NCBI GenBank assembly: GCA_964452635.1
Contig: CAYVMP010000002.1
Coordinates: 1 to 58,905, forward strand
Source of the DNA: an uncultured Candidatus Saccharibacteria bacterium
Lineage (GTDB): Bacteria; Patescibacteriota; Minisyncoccia; Phycocordibacterales; DATDWN01
DNA: 58,905 bases
Direction: 5' to 3'
Below are positions 9,526 through 17,107 of the stretch, piece by piece (the stretch's first letter is position 1; every line of letters starts with the position of its first letter). The translations under genes were made by a program, and so were the position numbers. The notes below the pieces were generated by a model. The model was not told the origin of the DNA. It saw nothing but the letters and a program-made list of their open reading frames with translations, and made no database searches.

Positions 9526-10293
9526 TTAGTTAGTAGTATTAGTTGTTGTTGCTGTCTTGCCATTCCATCCTTTGAGGTTACCGAGTGCTTTCTCAAGTGA
9601 CTTACGAGCCTCTTCTATGTGTTTCTGTGTCTCGTTGGCTACTTTTCGTAACTCAATCATTGCTCCTAGTGTTGTTGATGCTGTTGTAGAGTTTGCTTCG
9701 ATACTTGCTGTTGTACTTGCAAGAGCAGTCATTTTAGTGAGACTGACACGTGCTTCACTAAGGTGTACCTTCGCCTCTGCGTCGAATTTTTCACTGACTG
9801 TTGTGTCTACTCCAGCGTTTTTTACTTTAGTAATTCGTGATTCAAGTCGTACAGCAATAGCACTTAATCGAGAGATGGTCGCATCAAATCTCTCAATCAT
9901 AGGATCGAAGCGGTTTCGAAGTTTGATACCCATGATTTCACGACGACCTTCTTCTCGTCTGTCTTTGATATCCTCACGCATATCTTTGCGAGCTTCTGTT
10001 GTACTTGCACGAAGATTTCGCATATCCTGCATTGTTGTACTTGCATTACCTCGCATGTCTTTTCGTATATCTTTGATATCCTCACGAGTTTCTGTTCGGA
10101 TATTTTTGACATCTACTCGAATACCCATACGAGCCTTTATTGCTTCGAGTACACCCTTTTTAGGTGCTGGTGTTCCTACAGATGCACTGCTGTTTACTTC
10201 TACATTTGTGCCTTCTTCTGCGTACACAGCTCCAGCACAGACGAGTATTGCCACTGCACAGATTGGAATTAGTTTTTTATAGTATGGTGTCAT
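9526..10293 (-). CDS. Secreted repeat/coiled-coil protein (255 aa)
   Basis: Signal-peptide-like N terminus (IPICAVAILVCAGAVYA). Reiterated DIKDIRKDMR / RKDMREDIKDRRE motifs. The antisense 241-aa ORF is Ser/Arg-rich and looks like an artefact. Confidence 0.65.
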   Translation of the reverse strand: MTPYYKKLIPICAVAILVCAGAVYAEEGTNVEVNSSASVGTPAPKKGVLEAIKARMGIRVDVKNIRTETREDIKDIRKDMRGNASTTMQDMRNLRASTTEARKDMREDIKDRREEGRREIMGIKLRNRFDPMIERFDATISRLSAIAVRLESRITKVKNAGVDTTVSEKFDAEAKVHLSEARVSLTKMTALASTTASIEANSTTASTTLGAMIELRKVANETQKHIEEARKSLEKALGNLKGWNGKTATTTNTTN

Positions 10294-10434
10294 GAGTGTT
10301 GTGAAAATTATTATGATTAAACCGAACTTGTCTATTATACACCGAATGTTTTTTCACGCATAGGCAAAAATACCATCCGCTGTGCATATGGAGACGAGGA
10401 GGAGGGGATAGTATTACATGGTTTTGTATTTTTA

Positions 10435-10606
10435 AAAATCGATTAACTAAGTTTATTTTGGAACATCGCGCAGTTGTTTAGAAAACAACTGCGGGCGAGT
10501 GATGGGAACACGAGATCCGCATATTGTTTTCTTGAACGACGAGCGTGAGGAAAATTTTCACCAGAAAATTATTCTGTTTCCAAAATAAACTTAGTTAATC
10601 GATTTT
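10435..10606 (+). repeat. Foldback repeat copy A (long core, about 30-bp unique arms)
   Basis: Arms AAAATCGATTAACTAAGTTTATTTTGGAAC / GTTTCCAAAATAAACTTAGTTAATCGATTTT. Core 10456-10586 is 129/131 identical to 28501-28631. Confidence 0.85.
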
Positions 10607-10616
10607 AACGAACATT

Positions 10617-11138
10617 CTAGCTTTTCTTTGTTTTATACAGCTCGATTGCCTTGTGAAATGCTTCAACTGCCTCCTTTTTATCACCAATGCCTTCAATCGT
10701 TACTTCTTTTTTCTGAATCTGTTTGTATGTTTTGAAATAGTGCTCAATTTCCTTGAGTGTGTGTTTGTTTATGTCTCCTATATCCTGCACATCTGCCCAT
10801 CGTGGATCTGTTACTGGTACTGCGATGATTTTTGCATCACTTTCTCCTGAGTCAATCATGTGCATGATTGCGACAGGTCGTACACGTACGAGAATACCGG
10901 GGAATAGTGGGTACGTGGTGAGGACGACGACATCGAGCGCATCTCCATCATCCCAGAGTGTCTGGGGAACGAATCCGTAGTCGAATGGACAATCCTGTGA
11001 TGTATGAAATACACGATCGAGGGCTATAATCCCTGTTTCTTTATCAATTTCGTACTTATTTTTCGATCCCTTATTGATCTCGATGATAGTTGTAATCTCA
11101 TTCTCTGTTCCGGGGGCAATGTCGTGTAATAGGTTCAT
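10617..11138 (-). CDS. ppa: Inorganic pyrophosphatase (family I)
   Basis: 173 aa. YEIDKETG, DGDALDVVVL, DSGESDAKIIAV signatures. Confidence 0.93.
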   Translation of the reverse strand: MNLLHDIAPGTENEITTIIEINKGSKNKYEIDKETGIIALDRVFHTSQDCPFDYGFVPQTLWDDGDALDVVVLTTYPLFPGILVRVRPVAIMHMIDSGESDAKIIAVPVTDPRWADVQDIGDINKHTLKEIEHYFKTYKQIQKKEVTIEGIGDKKEAVEAFHKAIELYKTKKS

Positions 11139-11202
11139 AGTGTGGCTCTAATTAAGGATAATTATAGGCTCATAATACCAGAGGATAGGGGAGTAAATCT
11201 AC

Positions 11203-11231
11203 TTGACAATAAACTTAAAAGCGTGTATAAT
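11203..11231 (+). promoter_or_regulatory. Near-consensus sigma70-type promoter
   Basis: TTGACA (11203-11208), 17-nt spacer, TATAAT (11226-11231), about 200 nt upstream of the ATG at 11436. Confidence 0.6.
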
Positions 11232-11435
11232 ATATGCCAGAAAGTGAGGTTTATAACACAGATTGAAAGCTGGGCGGAGTCTGCGGACTTTGCTAGTATC
11301 GAAGAGCTCTGCGCACGACGCATCTCTCAATCTTTAGAGAATGTAAATCATTATTTTTTCTAAAGACAACTCAATCACGTAAAACTAATTGAGTTGAGAT
11401 TGAAATGTTCTTTGAAGCCTCTGGGAGGGGGTAGT

Positions 11436-11672
11436 ATGCGAAATAGACTACAGCATGGGATCATCCTTTTCATGATCCTTTCGTTGGTTTTTCTTTGGGT
11501 TGTTACGACAGCCCAAAGCCACTGGGAGTCAAAACAGACGAAGTGGTTCGTCTGTGGCACGTCCGTCGAGATGGTCGACGGGCGGACCAAACTCAGCCGT
11601 GACGGCTGGGTTGTGTATCCACTGGGACGTAAGTCGTACCAGACGAACCAACCCTGTCGTCTGGACAATTAA
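11436..11672 (+). CDS. Small secreted two-cysteine peptide precursor (78 aa), hypothetical
   Basis: Strong RBS GGGAGGGGG 6 nt upstream of the ATG. Signal-like MRNRLQHGIILFMILSLVFLWVVTTAQS, then a 50-aa Trp-rich part with two Cys. The region is GC-richer and hairpin-rich, so an RNA gene cannot be excluded. Confidence 0.45.
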   Translation: MRNRLQHGIILFMILSLVFLWVVTTAQSHWESKQTKWFVCGTSVEMVDGRTKLSRDGWVVYPLGRKSYQTNQPCRLDN

Positions 11673-11700
11673 TTTTCCCAGTGGTTAATAGCAATATTCG

Positions 11701-11728
11701 GGCGGGGTCTACGGACCTCGCCTCTTTT
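11701..11728 (+). terminator. Intrinsic terminator
   Basis: GGCGGGGTC-TACG-GACCTCGCC followed by TCTTTT. Confidence 0.65.
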
Positions 11729-11807
11729 CGTATATAAAATTGCGGAGGGTTTCTGAATTGACTTATTTATTTTAAAAACATATTCTGGTTGTAGAAAGTG
11801 AGAAAAA

Positions 11808-12377
11808 ATGAGAATCATTCTCGTCCGGCACGGAGAGAGCGAAAACAATAAGAACCATATCATAGGAGGAAATTCTTCTTTGACTAAAGAAGGGAGAGAG
11901 CAGGCTCGTAAGTTGGCAACCGATTTAAGTCGGCATTCTTCTATATCCATCGAGCGCATCTTTTGTGGACTTTCTTTGAGGAGCAACCAGACGGCAGATG
12001 AAATCAGTAATATTTTGCAAAAATCTGTCCATTTCCTATCTTCTATCAAAGAGAGACATCATGGTGTTTTGGAAGGTCGTCCGTATTCAGAGATCAAAAG
12101 TCGGGCAAAAGCATACAAAGAAGTGAATGGAAAGATATATGTTATTGATGTGAAGGATGGTGAGAATTACCAACTTTTGTATCAGAGGGCAAAAATTTTA
12201 CTCGCCACTCTGCAAGAACTTGCTCGTGATTTTGGTGTTCAGAGGGATGTTCTCGTGATTGGTCACGGAGCTTTAAATAAAGCTATCAATGCCGTCCATC
12301 ACGATTTGGGGTGGGAGAATCTTCTCCAGAAAGAATCACTGGATAACTGTCAGTACTACATCCTCGACTGTAAATAG
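11808..12377 (+). CDS. Histidine phosphatase family protein
   Basis: MRIILVRHGESENN and IGHGALNK motifs. Second paralog in the window. Confidence 0.8.
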   Translation: MRIILVRHGESENNKNHIIGGNSSLTKEGREQARKLATDLSRHSSISIERIFCGLSLRSNQTADEISNILQKSVHFLSSIKERHHGVLEGRPYSEIKSRAKAYKEVNGKIYVIDVKDGENYQLLYQRAKILLATLQELARDFGVQRDVLVIGHGALNKAINAVHHDLGWENLLQKESLDNCQYYILDCK

Positions 12378-12387
12378 GATTTTCTGT

Positions 12388-12427
12388 AAACCCCACAGTG
12401 ATCGTCGTCGCTGTAGGGGTTTTCTTT
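12388..12427 (+). terminator. Intrinsic terminator after the phosphatase gene
   Basis: CCCCACAG/CTGT(A)GGGG stem followed by a T-run. A second weaker hairpin plus T-run lies at 12434-12461. Confidence 0.55.
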
Positions 12428-12476
12428 TAACAAAAAACCTCTCAACGAAGAGAGATTTTTTGTTTTTTATTACTAT

Positions 12477-12635
12477 GTTGGTTATTGGGAGCCGATAATA
12501 CCTCGTGGGCTTGCCCCGAGGATGGAAGGCGTTGAGTAGTGACGGCGGAGCCGTCTCCTCTACCAACAAAACAGCCCTGATGTTGCCGCCAAATACCCCG
12601 AGCTCTGCTACGGGGATTGGACGGCAACCTGTTTT
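12477..12635 (+). ncRNA. Candidate structured small RNA (family not recognised)
   Basis: GC-rich island between convergent genes. Closing helix GTTGGT...ACCAAC, hairpins CCTCG(T)GGGC-TT-GCCCCGAGG and GACGGC-GGA-GCCGTC. A long 3' hairpin GTTGCCGCCAA...TTGGACGGCAAC plus TGTTTT also serves as the nusA terminator. Confidence 0.35.
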
Positions 12636-13818
12636 ATTCCGCGGAAGTTTCTTCGTTTACTTCTTCTTTTTCTACAGCTTCCTTGGGTGCTACCTGTGTA
12701 GACTGTATATCGATTTTCCATCCAGTGAGTTTGGCTGCGAGGCGTACGTTTTGACCACCTTTGCCGATAGCGAGCGACTGCTGGTCTTCAGAGACGAGTA
12801 CCTTTGCTGATTTGTCTGACTCGTGTGTGTCGATTGAGATGATTTTTGCAGGGGAGAGAGCTTCCTCGATGAATTTCTTTGGATCTTCTGACCATTCGAT
12901 AATGTCGATTTTCTCACCACCGAGCTCTGACATGACGGTTGATACACGCACTCCACGCTGACCTACCATCGATCCAACTGGGTCAATGTGTGAGTCTATC
13001 GATGCAACAGCGATTTTGGTACGTGAACCTGCTTCTCGAGCGATTGATTTGACGATTACTGTTCCGTTTGCGATTTCTGGAGCCTCTGTTTCAAAGAGTT
13101 TCTCAAGGAATTTAGGATGTGATCGTGAGAGACGGAGAAAGACGCCCTTGCCTGAATCCTCTACGCGATACATATATGCACGGATGCGCTCTCCCTGACC
13201 AAATCGCTCTCCGGGGATTTGTTCCTCGTATGGGAGGAGACCTGTTGCACGACCCATATCAACGAATATATTGCCTCTCTCCATTCGTTGAACAGTTCCA
13301 GTGACGATTTCACCTTCACGTTTGCCGTACTCACCGAGTACAGATACCTTCTCTGCTTCGCGGATTTTCTGCATAATTACTTGTTTTGCGGTTTGAGCTG
13401 CGATGCGACCGTAGTCTTCCTGTCCCTCGAGAGGGAAGATCATTTCGTCTCCAAGCTCGACACCCTTTTTGATTCTTCGAGCATCACTCAAGAGGATGTG
13501 TTTCTCAGGGTTGTAGAGTTCCTTTTCAATCACTGGAGTACCGTCTGGGTTTTCTGTCGGAGAGCTTTCCTGAGCAAGGAGTTCGTCCTCATCCATAACA
13601 ACAGTTGACTCATCCACAACGATTTTGACCTGTGACATCTCAGTTTTACCTGTCTGTATATCAAATGTAGCACGAATAATCTGGCCTTTTTTGCCGTATT
13701 CTTTTTTGTATGCTGTTGCGAGTGCGAGTTCTATTGCCTCGATTATTTTTTCTTTTGGGATACCTCGTTCCTCTTCAAGTTGAGTGAGAACTGAGTTAAC
13801 TATTTTTAGATCAATCAT
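12634..13818 (-). CDS. nusA: Transcription termination/antitermination factor NusA
   Basis: N-terminal domain, S1 and two KH domains (GQRGVRV, GKGGQNVRLA). Start moved to the ATG at 13818 (MIDLKIVNSVL...) by comparison with typical NusA N termini. Confidence 0.9.
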   Translation of the reverse strand: MIDLKIVNSVLTQLEEERGIPKEKIIEAIELALATAYKKEYGKKGQIIRATFDIQTGKTEMSQVKIVVDESTVVMDEDELLAQESSPTENPDGTPVIEKELYNPEKHILLSDARRIKKGVELGDEMIFPLEGQEDYGRIAAQTAKQVIMQKIREAEKVSVLGEYGKREGEIVTGTVQRMERGNIFVDMGRATGLLPYEEQIPGERFGQGERIRAYMYRVEDSGKGVFLRLSRSHPKFLEKLFETEAPEIANGTVIVKSIAREAGSRTKIAVASIDSHIDPVGSMVGQRGVRVSTVMSELGGEKIDIIEWSEDPKKFIEEALSPAKIISIDTHESDKSAKVLVSEDQQSLAIGKGGQNVRLAAKLTGWKIDIQSTQVAPKEAVEKEEVNEETSAE

Positions 13819-14051
13819 TGTGTTTGTTGCTATTTTGGGTAAAAAATTAGCCCGCCGTGAGGCGAACCTGAACATGTATATTGTATATCATTGGTTCGTT
13901 TGTGTCAACATGGTGTGTATAGTCAGTGAAAACATATTCTTATACACAGATTTTTGTGTGTGTGATGTAAAATATTTTGATATACTAAAGGTAATTGAGA
14001 GCGGACACATACGAGTAGTCGTAGTGTCATTCGTTCACATCACTGTAACAT

Positions 14052-15812
14052 TTGGCTATGCACATCGAAGAAACACAACTTAAAGATTTCATTCTTGACT
14101 CAGGGCTTGTGTCTCGGGCTGATGTGACGAGTGCCGAAAAGGAAGCGCATGAGTCGGGTGATAGTATTGGGAAAATTCTCGTAAATAAAGGCAAATTAAC
14201 AGAGGATGATTTGCGCCGTATGCAGGCGTATATTCTCGGTATCCCGTTTGTTGATTTGAAAGGGGAGAAACTGCCGTTTGAGATTCTCTCACTTATACCA
14301 GAGCCAATCGCACGAAACCATAACGTCGTTGCTTTCAAGAAAACAGACACCGCACTCGAAGTGGCCATGCTCGATACAGAGGATTTGACTGCGATTGATT
14401 TCATAAAGAAAAAAGTCGGATTGAAAATTCTCCCACGAATGACGGATGGTGATTCAATGAAGTCTGCTATTTTGCAATACCAGAAGTCACTCAAGGCGGA
14501 TTTCGGTGATTTGATTCAGAAGGACGCCATGGCGCTCAAAAATATTCCGGATGCAAATGGTGATGAAAATGTAAAGGAGGAAGATTTAAAGAAATTAGCA
14601 GATGATGTGCCCGTGGTGCGTATTGTAGATACGCTACTCAAACATGCGATACTTCAAAATGCCTCAGATATTCACATTGAGCCTCAAGAAATGGAGCTTT
14701 TGGTGAGATATCGTATTGACGGCCTGCTTCACGATGCGATGATTCTACCTAAAAATGTTGCACCGTCTATCACTGCTCGCCTCAAAGTTCTTTCATCTCT
14801 CAAACTCGACGAGAAACGTCTTCCGCAGGATGGTCGATTTAAAATAGATATGAATGGTGAAAAGGTGTCATTTCGTGTATCAACACTTCCTACATATTAT
14901 GGTGAGAAAACAGTAATGCGACTTTTGAGAGAGACTGTATCGGGTTTTACGCTCGAAAAACTTTGTTTTCATGGAGAGGGGCTTGAGCGTATTCATGCCG
15001 CGCTCAAATCTACAACAGGTCTTATTCTTGCAACAGGTCCGACCGGATCAGGAAAAACTACTACTCTGTATACAGTTCTCGATATTCTCAATACTCCAGA
15101 TGTAAATATTTCTACTATTGAGGATCCGATTGAATACCAAATGAAACGAATCAATCAGACGCAGGTGCGACCTGAAATTGGCTTTACATTTTCATCGGGA
15201 CTTCGAACTCTCGTTCGTCAGGACCCGGATATCATCATGGTTGGAGAAATTCGTGATAATGAAACTGCATCACTTGCAGTCAATGCATCACTTACTGGTC
15301 ACGTTGTGCTCTCTACTCTTCACACCAACTCTGCTGCAGGTGCAGTTCCTCGACTCATGGATATGAAAGTTGAGCCATTCCTCATTGTGTCAACTGTAAA
15401 TATTATTATTGCACAGCGTTTAGTGAGACGACTCCTTGATCAGAAAGAAAAATATTTTCTGACTAAGACAGAGCTCGCGACTCTCGGGAAGTCTGTAAAT
15501 CTAGACAAGGTTCTCGAGGCACTTAAGGAAGAGAAGGTGGTCAATAAAGGGGATACATGGGAGAAAATAGCATTCTACCGTCCTAAAAAGGGAACTGCTT
15601 CAGAAGATGGATATGGCGGACGAGTTGGTATTCACGAAATACTCAAGGTCTCTCCTGCAATCAAAGAAATTATTTTGAAAAATGGAACAGCAGATGCAAT
15701 TCAGAAACAGGCTGAGGCTGAGGGGATGCTCACTATGATTGAGGATGGTATCTTCCAATGCGTTCAAGGTTTGACGACAATTGAGGAGGTGCTTCGTGTA
15801 ATTTCAGAATAA
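14052..15812 (+). CDS. pilB: Type IV pilus assembly ATPase (GspE/PilB family)
   Basis: T2SSE N-terminal domain, Walker A GPTGSGKTTT, Asp/His boxes, 586 aa. Confidence 0.9.
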   Translation: MAMHIEETQLKDFILDSGLVSRADVTSAEKEAHESGDSIGKILVNKGKLTEDDLRRMQAYILGIPFVDLKGEKLPFEILSLIPEPIARNHNVVAFKKTDTALEVAMLDTEDLTAIDFIKKKVGLKILPRMTDGDSMKSAILQYQKSLKADFGDLIQKDAMALKNIPDANGDENVKEEDLKKLADDVPVVRIVDTLLKHAILQNASDIHIEPQEMELLVRYRIDGLLHDAMILPKNVAPSITARLKVLSSLKLDEKRLPQDGRFKIDMNGEKVSFRVSTLPTYYGEKTVMRLLRETVSGFTLEKLCFHGEGLERIHAALKSTTGLILATGPTGSGKTTTLYTVLDILNTPDVNISTIEDPIEYQMKRINQTQVRPEIGFTFSSGLRTLVRQDPDIIMVGEIRDNETASLAVNASLTGHVVLSTLHTNSAAGAVPRLMDMKVEPFLIVSTVNIIIAQRLVRRLLDQKEKYFLTKTELATLGKSVNLDKVLEALKEEKVVNKGDTWEKIAFYRPKKGTASEDGYGGRVGIHEILKVSPAIKEIILKNGTADAIQKQAEAEGMLTMIEDGIFQCVQGLTTIEEVLRVISE

Positions 15813-15871
15813 TTTATGCACATCATGGATATGTGCTCACGGTAAACTTTTGGTACACTTATACATATCAT

Positions 15872-17077
15872 ATGCCACTATTTCATTACAAAACAATTGA
15901 TGTAGAAGGGAAGACGGTAGAGGGAACAATGGATGCAAAAGATAAATTTGCTCTCTACCATAATATAAAAAAAGACGGAATAACTATTGTGTCTGCTGAG
16001 GAGGTCAAAAAATCATCTTTCTCCTTCTCACTCCCATTTATGGGTGGTGTGAAAATGCATGATAAAATCACATTTGCTCGAAACTTATCATCTATGATTG
16101 ATGCGGGTCTGCCGATCACACGAGGTATATCAATTATGGAGCGTCAGTCAAAGGGAATGTTTAAAAAGATTCTCGGTAGTATCAACGAATCAATCTCAAA
16201 AGGGCAGACACTATCGGATTCAATGAAGGTATATCCAAATGTATTTTCAACACTATTTATCTCGATGGTTCGAGCGGGAGAGGAGTCGGGAAATCTATCA
16301 CTTGCACTTCGAAACATAGGACAGCAGATGGAGAAGTCGTATCAACTCACACGAAAAATCCGTGGAGCACTTATGTATCCTGCAGTTATATTTTCACTCA
16401 TGATTGTCATCGGTGTGCTCATGATGGTGTACATGGTTCCGACACTAACCGCTACATTTACAGGTCTCGGTATAAAGCTTCCGCTATCGACTCGAATGAT
16501 TATTTATACGAGTAATTTCCTAAAAGATTATTTCCTTTTTGTTATTGTAGGAGTTGCACTGTGTATTGTTGGTTTTATTCTTGCCCTTCGAACCGTAAAG
16601 GGTCAACGGGTCCTTGATGCTGTTACTCTCCGACTTCCGGTGATTGGTGAGATTGTTAAACAAATCAATTCTGCTCGTACAGCTCGAACACTCTCATCAC
16701 TTCTGTCATCCGGAGTAGATATTGTCGTTGCTATTGGAGTTACCGCAGATGTGATTCAAAATTCATATTACAAGGAAGTGTTGCAGGAAATACAAAATAC
16801 AATTCAAAAAGGTGATCAAATATCAAGTATTTTTTTACTGCACGATAAATTATATCCACTGTTCGTTGGTGAGATGGTATCCGTAGGTGAAGAAACGGGG
16901 AAAATAGGGGATATGTTGCTTTCAGTCGCTACATTCTACGAAGAAGAAGTGGATCAAAAAACAAAAGATATGTCATCTGTGATTGAACCTGTGCTCATGA
17001 TTTTTATAGGTGCTGCGGTAGGATTCTTTGCGATATCAATGCTCGCACCAACATATTCACTTGCTGACTCTCTGTAA
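15872..17077 (+). CDS. pilC: Type IV pilus platform protein (GspF/PilC family)
   Basis: Two GspF-type repeats with three TM segments. Start set at the ATG at 15872 (MPLFHYKTID). Confidence 0.88.
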   Translation: MPLFHYKTIDVEGKTVEGTMDAKDKFALYHNIKKDGITIVSAEEVKKSSFSFSLPFMGGVKMHDKITFARNLSSMIDAGLPITRGISIMERQSKGMFKKILGSINESISKGQTLSDSMKVYPNVFSTLFISMVRAGEESGNLSLALRNIGQQMEKSYQLTRKIRGALMYPAVIFSLMIVIGVLMMVYMVPTLTATFTGLGIKLPLSTRMIIYTSNFLKDYFLFVIVGVALCIVGFILALRTVKGQRVLDAVTLRLPVIGEIVKQINSARTARTLSSLLSSGVDIVVAIGVTADVIQNSYYKEVLQEIQNTIQKGDQISSIFLLHDKLYPLFVGEMVSVGEETGKIGDMLLSVATFYEEEVDQKTKDMSSVIEPVLMIFIGAAVGFFAISMLAPTYSLADSL

Positions 17078-17107
17078 TCGAGCGTTCGGTTTATTGACGA
17101 GGGTATT

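Noticed and set aside
9557-10282. 241-aa plus-strand ORF fully overlapping the 9526-10293 minus-strand gene
   Set aside because: Its Ser/Arg/Leu-rich composition is typical of the antisense frame of a Lys/Glu/Asp-rich gene. The minus-strand ORF has a signal peptide and fits the operon context.
10456-10465. ATTTTGGAAC inverted pairs as DNA uptake sequences for the pilus/ComEC system
   Set aside because: There are only three pairs in 59 kb, always embedded in the larger repeat. That is far below the density expected of uptake signal sequences.
10435-10606. Integron attC site, or hammerhead/twister-type self-cleaving ribozyme, as the identity of the foldback elements
   Set aside because: - For attC: the AAC...GTT boxes lie inside long outer helices rather than at the ends, they do not fit RYYYAAC/GTTRRRY, and no intI gene is present.
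- For ribozymes: I could not find CUGANGA...GAAA or other ribozyme cores conserved between copies. The TGAGG motif does not fit.
11142-11363. 73-aa plus-strand ORF downstream of ppa
   Set aside because: It spans the TTGACA/TATAAT promoter itself, has no RBS and is low complexity. I treat this stretch as promoter plus leader.
11230-11740. RNase P RNA, tmRNA or SRP RNA in the GC-rich islands at 11.2-11.7 kb and 12.48-12.63 kb
   Set aside because: On neither strand did I find GGAAAGTCC-type P4 sequence, a tRNA-like T-arm/ACCA end with tag ORF, or the GGAA-tetraloop/AGCAGC domain IV signature. I report them as unclassified candidates only.
11669-12049. 126-aa minus-strand ORF overlapping the start of the second histidine phosphatase gene
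   Set aside because: It is antisense to a clear RHGESENN phosphatase frame and runs through a plus-strand terminator.
14027-14494. 155-aa minus-strand ORF overlapping the pilB N terminus
   Set aside because: The plus-strand frame encodes the conserved GspE N-terminal domain, so the antisense ORF is a shadow frame.
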